Shown here: positions 25,101 through 36,000 of the stretch, in pieces
Position numbering within the stretch: position 1 is the stretch's first letter
Layout of the letters: every line of letters starts with the position of its first letter
Assembly (NCBI GenBank): GCA_004431415.1
Contig: QPMI01000241.1
Coordinates: 98,853-162,852 of the forward strand
From: Cyanophora paradoxa CCMP329
Taxonomy: Eukaryota > Plantae > Glaucophyta
Direction of reading: 5' to 3'
Length of the DNA stretch: 64,000 nucleotides
Made by a program: the position numbers and the translations under genes
Notes under the pieces: generated by a model
Told to the model about the DNA's origin: nothing
Databases searched by the model: none
The model's input: the letters and a program-made list of their open reading frames with translations, nothing else

Positions 25101-25596
25101 CCTGCCGTTGTGCTCAGCCAGCTTGGATCGACCGCGGCTGCTTGTGGCGAACTGAACCGTCGGACACCGGCCCGCTTGGCTTGCTGCAACCACATGTACA
25201 TCCACAGCGCTTGCAGCGATCGTCGACGGCGCCCGGCGTTAGGTCGACTGCAAGTACTCTGCAACGCACTTGGGCGGGCACCGGGCCGCACGGGACCAGC
25301 CTGCTTGCCAGCGTTGCGTTATCCCCCGCATGTCTTCCCCCGCTTCGGGCCAACTTGCACACATGCTGTACCCGTCAAGCGGCCTTGTATAAAAGGCGCA
25401 CAGATCCACCAGATCTCCGCTATCGAAGCACACCCAACAGCGACCACAACCGCGAGAAGAGCAACCGTACAACTAGCGCGATGAAGTTTGCCAAGTTTGT
25501 CGGGGAGCCTGGTGAGCCCGTGGCCCGCCGACGGCGCGATATCCGCGTGACGTGGCGCCCCCCCGCCCGCGTCCAGTCGACGATCGCACGCTCAAG

Positions 25597-27164
25597 ATGC
25601 TCCAGCACACCGATCTGCATGCTATCTGTGCGCCGCGCGCCTCCCTCGGCCCGGATCGGCCATTCCGCTGTTGCGTACGTGCCCGATCCGATCCGACCCT
25701 CTCGCCAGGCAAACACAAGCACATCGAGGCGACGTCAGACAAGGAGGCCATCGAGAAGATCAAGGGAAGTCTGTGGAACGAGCTCCCCAAGGCGCGCTTG
25801 CCCACCCTGATCCGGTTTGGTGACGCTGACGGCAATCCGTGCAGGAGGTCTTGGCGGAGATCTGCATTGTGCTCGGCGCGAAGATGAACAGCTGGGACAC
25901 GCGCGAAGACATTCTCCAGAGGATCTGCCACATCAAGACGCACAACTGCGACGGACAGGACTGCCGGCACGGCTCTGAGAGCGGCTCGTCCGAGGGAGCG
26001 AGCCCCGCGCTAGAGGGAGAGGAAGCCAACGTGCTCGACGAGGAGTGCGACGAGTCCTCAGTAGGTTTGCCAGACGCGAAACCCCACCGCTTGCGGCGTT
26101 TCCCCAACGACCGATTCGCTCTCTGCTCGCAGGCGACGCGGAGTACGATGAGTTCTACAACGAGGCGGTGATTGATTGCCTTACGGCCGAGGAAACACAG
26201 GTGCTCCCAAGCTTGCCGCGCGATCAGACTTTGGATCAAATTCTGACTCGAGACCGCAGAATGGCCTGAACGTCGCATGGGACGAGAAGCTGCGGGAAGA
26301 GGTGATCTTCCCCTTCGTTGCTCGCCACAGCGGCCACGAGGTGCGCTCGATCTATAGCCGCTCCCCCGCTTTGCCCTCGGCCGCTTTCGGGACCAGGGGT
26401 CCGGGTCGGGCCGGGGGCCCGGGCCGCACCGTCCGTGTGTGCCGCGGCTCTGCCGCGGTCTCTGCGGGCCGTGTTCCCGCCACGGAGACCTCTGTTTCAG
26501 AAGACGTGCCGCTGCGCGCCCGCGTTCCTGACCCCGACGCGCCCTCAGCTGTGGCCGCCCCTCTGCCGTGCGCGACGCGCGCCACCGCGACTGCAACGCG
26601 GGCAGGGGGCGCTGGAGCAAGTCGAAGCCTGGAGCCGGCCCGCTTCTCGGGCCGGCGGAGACTGGGAGCGGCCCCGGGACGGGCGGGATAGACGCCAGCC
26701 AGGGAGGAGAGGCGAAAGGAGAGACCATCTAGCTCGACGCCCCCGCTCCATCGGCACAGCCCGTCCTAGCCGCGACCCCAGCCACAGCCCGCCACGCCCG
26801 CCCCCACTCACACTCCCTTGCACACCTTTCATCCAAGCCCCGGCCCTTTCCGCCCGCCCACGCCTCCGCATCACTCCGCTTTCTTTTCTTTCCTTTTCCT
26901 CGCGGCTCGCGCCTGCGGCGCCTCGTTCTCACGCGGCGGCGGCCAGATCAGCGTGACGGGCTTCGTCAAGGGTGAGAACCCGCCGGTGCACGTCGAGGCC
27001 GTCAGCAAGAGCGACGGCAAGACCATGCGGCCCCGCCTCGCCGACGTCCAGGTGCGCGGCCCGCGTGGCCCTCTTTCCCCGTCCCCCGAGCTCCGCTCAC
27101 GCTTCCACCGCAGTTTGTGAAGCCCTTCCCGAAGGGGTACAAGTGGATCCGCTGCTACTTGTAG
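25597..27164 (+). CDS. Hypothetical protein with two SAP/HeH-like helical motifs and an acidic linker; true start and end uncertain (may extend to ~25200 and 27346)
   Basis: Spliced MLQHTDLHAIC-KHKHIEATSDKEAIEKIKGSLWNELPK-EVLAEICIVLGAKMNSWDTREDILQRICHIK...; later exons GDAEYDEFYNEAVIDCLT, NGLNVAWDEKLREEVIFPFV, ISVTGFVKGENPPVHVEAV, FVKPFPKGYKWIRCYL*. Confidence 0.55.
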
Positions 27165-27921
27165 ACGCGCGGGCGCGGCGCCTTTCTTTGAAGCGGGTGC
27201 GGCGTGGTCCCTCCCTACGATGCGGTTGCGGGCCGCTAATGGCCCTGCGCTGCGAAGGGCAGACGGAGAGGAGCGGGCGCGGGGACCCGGAGACGCTCAA
27301 GATCTACGCAGACTCGGGACCTGAGTTTAGAGCGGGAGCTCGATAGAAGATAGGGGGGACGGGTAGTCAGGGGTAGCTAGGGGATTTTGGGGGCCCGTGT
27401 ATAGGCGTGCTCGTGCACGCACGGCGCCGATTCAGCTTCCCACCCACCTATAATACGAGTTTCACAAATTAGATAGGTCCAACCTTCCATGCGATGTCAC
27501 AAACTTTTCAAATGTAAATACGAGATACTTTTTGAGCTCCGTCGAACGCCCGCCCCAAAGAATCGGGCAGGTCGAGCAGGCGCGTGCAGATATCCGATGT
27601 CTCACGACCGTTTGCGTCGCGCCGGCTGGCTTCTGGCTGGAGCCCAGGTGCCCCCAGGGCGGATTCCGAAGCCATACTAACTGCTGGAAAGCAGATGCAG
27701 GAGCGGTTCGCTCCGGGCGATCGCCCTCCAGGTCATGAACGCAACATCGTTCTTGACGTACGCGTAAAAATTCACAATTAGACGTTGATTTATTTCCAAA
27801 AGGATAAAAACGTAGATGCATTAAGAGCGGGGCCGGCCGCGGCGGCGTGCTGATCATGATGCCAGGTGCCCAGATTGCCGACTCGAGGACGCTCTCCGCC
27901 CCTCGCGCGCGTCAATCACAC

Positions 27922-28380
27922 GCGCTCAACACAGCAACGGTGAGTGCCCCGCCCGGCGGCCCGGCCTGTTCGCTTCGCATCGTCGCGGCGTCAAGACTGG
28001 AGATACAGGCGGTGAGGGCGGGGCCGGCGGCGCGCTGATGCCGGGCGCCCAGGTCGGGGAAGCTCTTCAGCCATCACCCGCGCTCAACACAGCAACGGTG
28101 AGTGCCCCGCCCGGCGGCCCGGCCTGTTCGCTTCGCATCGTCGCGGCGTCAAGACTGGAGATAGAGGCGGTGAGGGCGGGGCCGGCGGCGCGCTGATGCC
28201 GGGCGCCCAGGTCGGGGAAGCTCTTCAGCCATCACCCGCGCTCAACACAGCAACGGTGAGTGCCCCGCCCGGCGGCCCGGCCTGCTTCGCTTCGCATCGT
28301 CGCGGCGTCAAGACTGGAGATAGAGGCGGTGAGGGCGGGGCCGGCGGCGCGCTGATGCCGGGTGCACAGGTCGAGGACGC
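27922..28380 (+). repeat. 158-bp minisatellite x3 (x2 in units 2 and 3)
   Basis: CTCAACAC... recurs at 27925, 28083, 28241; at 33274, 33432; and at 38066, 38224. Each unit contains GTGAG donors and a CTGAT...CAG acceptor. Confidence 0.95.
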
Positions 28381-29267
28381 CTCGCTAGCCTTCCTGCCCT
28401 CAGTCCACAGACGCGCTAGCGGCGATGAGGTAACAGCCCGAGGTTTTGGCTCGGTCTGATGCTGGGTGCCCAGGCTCTCACGGGCTGAAGGGCGGTGCGT
28501 CCCCCGCCGGTCGGCCTGTGCTGAAGCTTCGCGCTCAGGTCCAGGTCTCTGGTGCTTCGATCGGGCTTCATTGCCTCATCAGCTTCCGTGCAGTGCAGAC
28601 TGAAAGCACCTCGGGCACAGAGCAGAAGCGGCCGCTGCACATCCGGGATCTTAATCTTAGCGGGCACCCCCCTTCGCGCGAGGCCGCCGTCACTGCTCTC
28701 GCCATCATTCGCCATCAAGTTCATTAGAAGCCGTCGCCATCATTCACCCATCGATATCAGCCATCAGCCATTGCACTCCCACCAAGTTCGAGCCCGACCA
28801 CTAACGCCCGTGGCCACCCTTATCCGCCGCTCCGCCTAGCTCGCGATCGGCTTCCGACCCAGCTATCGGCCGTCGCGATTCGAACTCATGGCCAACGTTA
28901 ACGGGCCTTCCCGCTTAAGTCTCTTCACGCGCGGACGTTGTTGTCGCCTTGCTCAAGTTCGTCCATCTCAGCTTTTGAGCTTAAGCTTGGCATCCTCCTC
29001 GCATCGCCCTCCCCGCTCAATCTCCAGCCTCCATCGATTTTATTCGCGGGTTTATTCGCGGGTTTATTCGCGTGGATGTCTCCACCATGGGAGTCTTAAT
29101 CGCTACGGCTATCTCAGCGATGCGTTGTTTCCAGCACGTTCTTCGACTTGCGAGCCGATTTCGTCGATGCAGTTTGTTCGATCGTGCTCTGAGCCTTAGC
29201 TAGTGCAGCGTCAATCGCAAGCCCCGCCTGTCTCCCGCACATCCGCGTTTAATTTGCAGTCCCGAGC

Positions 29268-30348
29268 CAGGTGGAGAGGCGGCGCTGCAAGGTGCGCCCG
29301 GCGGCGGAGCGGACCGGGCGCGGGGACGCAGACATCAGCTTCTCGGACGGCTTCCCAGTCATCACATCGCTACCAGGGCGTTCAGAAGTTCATTCAGGCA
29401 CGCAGCTCACTTTCGCATCCACCTCGCTTCTGCTTTGACACGACGCCCGGTCCGCCTTTCTCGCGCAGGTGGAGAGGCGGCGCTGCAAGGTGCGCCCGGC
29501 GGCGGAGCGGACCGGGCGCGGGGACGCAGACATCAGCTTCTCGGACGGCTTCCCAGTCATCACATCGCTACCAGGGCGTTCAGAAGTTCATTCAGGCACG
29601 CAGCTCACGTCCGCATCTACCTCGTTCCTGCTTTGACACGACGCCCGGTCCGCCTTTCTCGCGCAGGTGGAGAGGCGGCGCTCAGCGGCTGCGAGGTGCG
29701 CCCGGCGGCGGAGCGGACCGGGCGCGGGGGCGCAGAAATCAGCTTCTCGGACGGCTTCCCAGTCATCGCATTGCTACCAGGGCGTTCACGAGCCCATTCA
29801 GGCACGCAGCTCACTTCCACATCCAGCTTTCGTCTGCTTTGACACGACGCCCGGTCCGCCTTTCTCGCGCAGGTGGAGAGGCGGCGCTGCGAGGTGCGCC
29901 CGGCGGCGGAGCAGACCGGGCGCGGGGACGCAGAAATCAGCTTCTCGGACGGCTTCCCAGTCATCGCATTGCTACCAGGGCGTTCACGAGCCCATTCAGG
30001 CACGCAGCTCACTTCCACATCCAGCTTTCGTCTGCTTTGACACGACGCCCGGTCCGCCTTTCTCGCGCAGGTGGAGAGGCGGCGCTCAGCGGTTGCGAGG
30101 TGCGCCCGGCGGCGGAGCGGACCGGGCGCGGGGACGCAGACATCATCTTCTCAGACGGCTTCCCAGTCATCACATCGCTACCAGGGCGTTCACGAGCCCA
30201 TTCAGGCACGCAGCTCACCTTCGCATCCACCTCCCTTCTGCTTTGACACGACGCCCGGTCCGCCTTTCTCGTGCAGGTGGAGAGGCGGCGCTCAGCGGCT
30301 GCGAGGTGCGCCCGGCGGCGGAGCGGACCGGGCGCGGGGACGCAGAAA
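29268..30348 (+). repeat. 198/206-bp minisatellite, five copies plus a partial sixth (about two copies in units 2 and 3)
   Basis: CAGGTGGAGAGG at 29268, 29466, 29664, 29870, 30068, 30274; the length variants differ by an 8-bp indel. Confidence 0.95.
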
Positions 30349-32825
30349 TCGAAGGCGCGCGACGACGGCTTCACCATCGCTCGGGCGGTGCTTTAACTGC
30401 AGCCAGCTTCGAATTCAATGCGGTGAGCGGGTCGTGGGCGTTCTTCTCTTAGCTCGCTCATATGATGGCGTGGCGCAGGTCGTTGGTCGTCGGCTTCCGG
30501 CGGGGCGCGCGTTGTCGGCGGTCGTCATTTTCGGGCGCCTTCTGGACGAGTTCTCCCCGCGCCGTCGCGGCTGCTTCGAGGATGCGGAGCGACGAGGTCT
30601 GCCCCGTCATCGCCGGCGTGCGGGGCGCAACGCGCAGGTCCATCGCGGCTCTTGCGGTGCCCCGCGGGTGTGCTTGCGTTCGCTTCGCCTCCGCTGGCGC
30701 CGGTGCTGGAGCTGACCTTCCGTCAGATCGATCGGACATCATGCTCAAGGGCGCATTCGTGGAGGCGTGCTGTCGCTCTCTGCACTTGTATCACGTGTAA
30801 GCGATGTGCGTAATTTCTTCTTTTTGGATTCAATCCCTGGGCGGATCGTGCTCATCGGCGTGAACCCAGATCCATCTGGATACCAACTGGCCGAGGTGCG
30901 CTCGGCGAGCGGCACGGCGGACGCTGGGGCGCAGTTCCAGATCCAGGCCGGCGGACTGTTCGGTAGCCAACGTGCTAACCACGACTATATTCTTATCCGG
31001 TGCGAAATCGCCTTGCCGTGAAAATCTACACTTGGATTTTGATTGCATTGCTTCGCAGAAGCACGAGGGCAGTGTCGAATCGGATGCAAATCGTCGGCCC
31101 GCTGGCCACGGAGCGCGCGCGTTCACGCCATGTTGAGTTTTTCCATCGGAAAGAGCCGGGCGACTGCCGCGAGCGTCGAGGTCTGCCGCCCACGTTGCCG
31201 TCGTGCGGAACGGGACACGCAGGTCCGCAACGCGAGGAGGCGGCCCGAGCAGGCGCGCGGCGGCTTTATTTCTTCTGATTCGTGAACTCTCTGTGACGCG
31301 TGCGTTGCCCGCGCAGATGATTGCCGCGAGCGCTGCGCGCTTCACGCCCCAAGCCAGCAAGCTCCATCTTTCAGCGACTTCGAAACCTTCAGCTACCTCG
31401 TCTGGCCCGTGCACGCTGTTTCACTGTCTACACGCTCCGTCGCAGCAGGTCTCAGCTCCAGCCTTCGGCACCCTTCGCGCTACAGTGCAGCCGGCGCCGC
31501 GGCCGTGTCAACCGTGTCAACATCTTCGCTTCACCCTCGCATGCTCCCCAGCATCCGTTCTCGGCGCTCATCAGCCAGCGGGCAGATTTCGATGTCGGCC
31601 GCTGCCAGTTCATCTGCTCGAGCCGACATGGCGCCATCCTTTCCCCATCTTCCCACCCTTGCCCAACCATCCCGGCTTGCCGCCTATCCCGGCTTGTTTG
31701 TCAGCTGTGTGTGTACTCGTTCTGCGGCCTGTTGCCGTGCCGTTCTCCGCTTCCATCGATTTCTTCCCCATCAAGCTCTCCCTTCTTCTCTTCCATCTTC
31801 TCCACCGACGCCATCCAACTGGGCATTTTCCCTCCCGACTTCGAGACTTCCCCGTGACTCTAGATCTGGACAGCATCGCCCGAGGCAAGCGGCCCCCCTT
31901 TGTGCCGTCGCGGTGCTCTCCACGGCTGATGGCTTGCCTGCAGATTTCGAAACCAGGCCCCTGCCGTCTTCCTGAACTCTGGCCTGCGAGTTCGATCCGA
32001 ATCCAGCGATCGCCAACTGTGGATGATTAGGTGCGCGCTTGTAAACGGGCCTGGGAGTCTTCGTTGGCGGCTCCTTATGCTCATGCGTTTCCCACGGTCA
32101 GGAGCTCTAGGCTCCCGCGGCACCCGCTCAAGAACAGCAGGCGAGCTCTCCGTCAGCGGGGCGAAGCTTCGACGGCGACAACGCCCGGAGCGGATGGGAC
32201 TCCGGCCCTTCCCTGGCCCTTCCCTGAGCGAACCATTCTGGAGGAGCATGCGCAAGCGTGCTGCAAGCGGGACTGGACTGGACTGGACTGGAATGGATTC
32301 GGGAGCCGCACCGCCGCGCCGGCGCAAGGCAAGTCCGGAGCCCGGAGCCGGGGCTGCTGTCGCTGCTGCTCACACGCATCGGGTTCAGGTGCCGCAGCGA
32401 TCGCAAGCGCAGAGCGCCGTTCAAGCGGGACTGGACTGGACGGGGCGGAGGAGCTGGACTGGACCGAGGATCCGGATCTCGACCGTCTCGCCGCCGCCAT
32501 ATTCCAAGGCGAGAAGGGATCGGGGGCCGCTTTCTGCTCGTTTCTCACCGACGCGGTTTCTGCATGCAGGCATTCTACTCGGAGGGCGAACATCGGCTGA
32601 ACTGGACTGGACGGGACCACTGACTGGACAGGACCGACTCTCGCATTTAACATCTGAACAAGGCAAGCATTAGCGGCTCGCGCGCTGCTCCTCTCGCTTC
32701 TCACTGACCAGCGGGCGTTAGCGGCCGCACGGGGCCAGCCTCCTCGTGTTCTCCCCCGCGTCGTGCCCCCCCGTCTTCGGGCCGACTCGCAAGAACCTTC
32801 GAACCGCCAACGAGCCTCGTGCAAA

Positions 32826-33067
32826 ATGCTCCAGCGTGCCGTTCTTCATACTCTCCGTGCGCCGCGCGCCTCCCTCGGCCGGATCGGCCATTCCGCTGTT
32901 GCGTACGTTCCCGATCCGACCCTCTCGCCAGGCAAACACAAGCACGTCGAAGCGACGTCTGACAAGGGAGCCATCGAGAAGATCAAGGGAAGTCTGTGGA
33001 ACGAGCTTCCCAAGGCGCGCCCGCACGCCCTGATCCGGTTTGGCGACGCTGACGCCAATCCGTGCAG
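32826..33067 (+). pseudogene. Duplicated fragment (two exons plus two introns) of the neighbouring gene at 25597-25845; further copies at 37624-37865 and 42429-42483 (partial)
   Basis: KHKHVEATSDKGAIEKIKGSLWNELPK vs KHKHIEATSDKEAIEKIKGSLWNELPK, with introns retained; homology stops at the next acceptor. Confidence 0.85.
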
Positions 33068-36000
33068 GGGTTCCTGTACCGATTTACCCACCCCGCAAGC
33101 GTGGCCATGTTTAGGAGTCTTCTGTCTTTGAATTCGATTTCTATTACACAATTTTCGTGAGCGCTATCATCGATCAAGCCTATGGGTTTTCGGTCCATCG
33201 CCTCGGACGCGATTAATGTAGATGACTGTGCACGTGACTAGCGCTGGAACGAACGAGCTCCCCATCGCGTGCACTCAACACTGCATCGGTGAGCGCCCCG
33301 CCCGGCGGCCCGGCCTGTTCGCTTCGCATCGTCGCGGCGTCAAGACTGGAGATAGAGGCGGTGAGGGCGGGGCAGGCGGCGCGCTGATGCTGGGCGCCCA
33401 GGTCGAGGAAGCTCTTCAGCCATCACCCGCGCTCAACACTGCATCGGTGAGCGCCCCGCCCGGCGGCCCGGCCTGCTTCGCTTCGCATCGTCGCGGCGTC
33501 AAGACTGAAGATAGAGGCGGTGAGGGCGGGGCCGGCGGCGTGCTGAGGCCGGGTGCACAGTTCGAGGACGCCTCGTTGCCCCTTCTGCCATCCGTCCACA
33601 GAGCTGCGGCAATGAGGTAACAGCCCCGAGTTCGGCTCGGTCTGATGCTGGGTGCCCAGGCTCTCACGGGCTGAAGGGCGGTGAGTCCCCCGCCGATCGG
33701 CCTGTGCTGAAGCTTCGCGCTCAGGTCCAGGTCTCTGGTGCTTCGATCGGGCTTCATTGCCTCATCAGCTTCCGTGCAGTGCAGACTGAAAGCACCTCGG
33801 GCACAGAGCAGAAGCGGCCGCTGCACATCCGGGATCTTAATCTTAGCGGGCACCCCCCTTCGCGCGAGGCCGCCGTCACTGCTCTCGCCATCATTCGCCA
33901 TCAAGTTCATTAGAAGCAGTCGCCATCATTCACCCATCGATATCAGCCATCAGCAATTGCACTCCCACCAAGTTCGAGCCCGACCACTAACGCCCGTGGC
34001 CACCCTTATCCGCCGCTCCGCCTAGCTCGCAAACGGCATCCGACCCAGCTATCGGCCGTCGCGATTTGAACTCATGACCAACGTTAACGGGCCTTCCCGC
34101 TTAAGTCTCTTCACGCGCGGACGTTGTTGTCGCCTTGCTCTATAGCTAGTTCGTCCATCTCAGCTTTCGAGCTCGGCATCGATATCCTCATTGCATCGCC
34201 CTCCCCGCTCAATCTCCAGCCTCCATCGATTTAATTCGCGGGTTATATAAACGTCTACGGTGTTTTGTCGCGTCGACGTCTCCACCAAGGGAGTCTTAAT
34301 CTTATACGGCTATCCCAGCGATGCGTTGTTTCCAGCACGATGTTCAGCTTGCGAGCCGATTTCGTCGATGCAGTTTGTTCGATCGTGCTCTGAGCCTTAG
34401 CTAGTGCAGCGTCAATCGCAAGCCCCGCCTGTCTCCCGTACATCCGCGTTTTATTTGCAGTCCCGAGCCTCGTTCTCCTCCTTCAAGCTCGCCCCCCTTT
34501 TTCGCCTTCGTTCAGCAGAGTCGGATTCGGATCAACGCCCTTCTTCGCACATCCTGATCACGGCCGGACCACTTGGACATGGGTCCACTGACCGACTGTG
34601 AGTGCTCGTCTGCAGTCACGGTTTCGCGAACGCTGCCTGAGCGACGGCTTGCGTGCAGACATACGGATCTCTCGAACGCGCGGATCGTGCCGGTCATCAC
34701 ATCGCTACCAGGGCGTTCAGAAGTTCATTCAGGCACGCAGCTCACGTCCGCATCTACCTCGTTCCTGCTTTGACACGACGCCCGGTCCGCCTTTCTCGCG
34801 CAGGTGGAGAGGCGGCGCTCAGCGGCTGCGAGGTGCGCCCGGCGGCGGAGCGGACCGGGCGCGGGGGCGCAGACATCAGCTTCTCGGACGGCTTCCCAGT
34901 CATCGCATCGCTACCAGGGCGTTCACGAGCCCATTCAGGCACGCAGCTCACTTTCGCATCCACCTCGCTTCTGCTTTGACACGACGCCCGGTCCGCCTTT
35001 CTCGCGCAGGTGGAGAGGCGGCGCTCAGCGGCTGCGAGGTGCGCCCGGCGGCGGAGCGGACCGGGCGCGGGGACGCAGAAATCAATGGCGCGCGACGACG
35101 GCTTCACAATCGCTCGGGTGGTGCTTTATCTGCAGCCAGCTTCGAATTCAATGCGGTGAGCGGTTCTCGGGTGTTTTTCTCTTAGCTCACTCATTTGATG
35201 GCGTGGCGCAGGTCGTTGGCATCGTCGGCTTTTGGCGTGGCGCGCGTCGCCGGCGATCGTCATTTTCGGGCGCTTTCTGGACGGGTTCTCCCCGCGCCGT
35301 CGCGGCTGCTTCGAGGATGCTGGGCGACGAGGTCTGCCCCGTCGTCGCCGGCGTGCGGAACGCGACGCGCAGGTCCATCGCGGCGCTTGCGGTGCCCCGC
35401 GGGTGAGCTTGCGTTTGCGCTGTCTCCGCTGGCGCCAGTGCTGACGCTGACCTTCCGTCAGATGATTCCGCTGGAGAGTCGCGTCGGTCGGACATCCTGC
35501 TCAAGAGCGCATTCGCGGAGTCCTTGTGTCGCTTTCGGCACTTGTTTCACGTGTAAGCGATGTTCACACTTTCCCCTTTTTGAATTCAAGCCTTGGGCGG
35601 CTCGTGCTCATCGGCGTGCACCCAGATTCAGCTGGATACCAACTGGCCGAGGTGCGCTCGGCGAGCGGCACGGCGGACGCTGGGGCGCAGTTCCAGATCC
35701 AGGCCGGCGGACTGTTCGGCAGCCAACGTGCCAACCGCGACTGTTTTCTTGCCAACCGTGACTGTATTCTTCTCCAGTGCGAAATCGCCTTGGCATATAA
35801 ATCAGCTTGCCGTGGAAATCCGCACTTGGATTTTGATTGCATTGTTTCGCAGAAGCGCAAGTGCGGTGTCGAATCGGATGCGAAATCGTCGGCCCGCTGG
35901 CCACGGAGCGCGCGCGCTCACGCCATGTTGAGTTTCTCCATCGGAACGAGCCGGGCGACCGCCGCGAGCGTCGAGGTCTGCCGCCCACGCTGCCGTCGTG

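Noticed and set aside
25481-25512. MKFAKF as the start of an SPX domain, or DEVCQVC as a PHD finger
   Set aside because: No YxxLKK or further Cys/His ligands follow, and the frames do not join the downstream exons cleanly.
27922-30348. 158-bp and 198-bp repeats (and the 42992-43175 repeats) as CRISPR arrays
   Set aside because: Whole units repeat with no unique spacers, there are no cas genes, and the context is eukaryotic.
34182-34189. ATATCCT here and at 43176 as further U12 donors
   Set aside because: Not in a coding context and no matching branch/AC end; the first is created by an inverted triplication.
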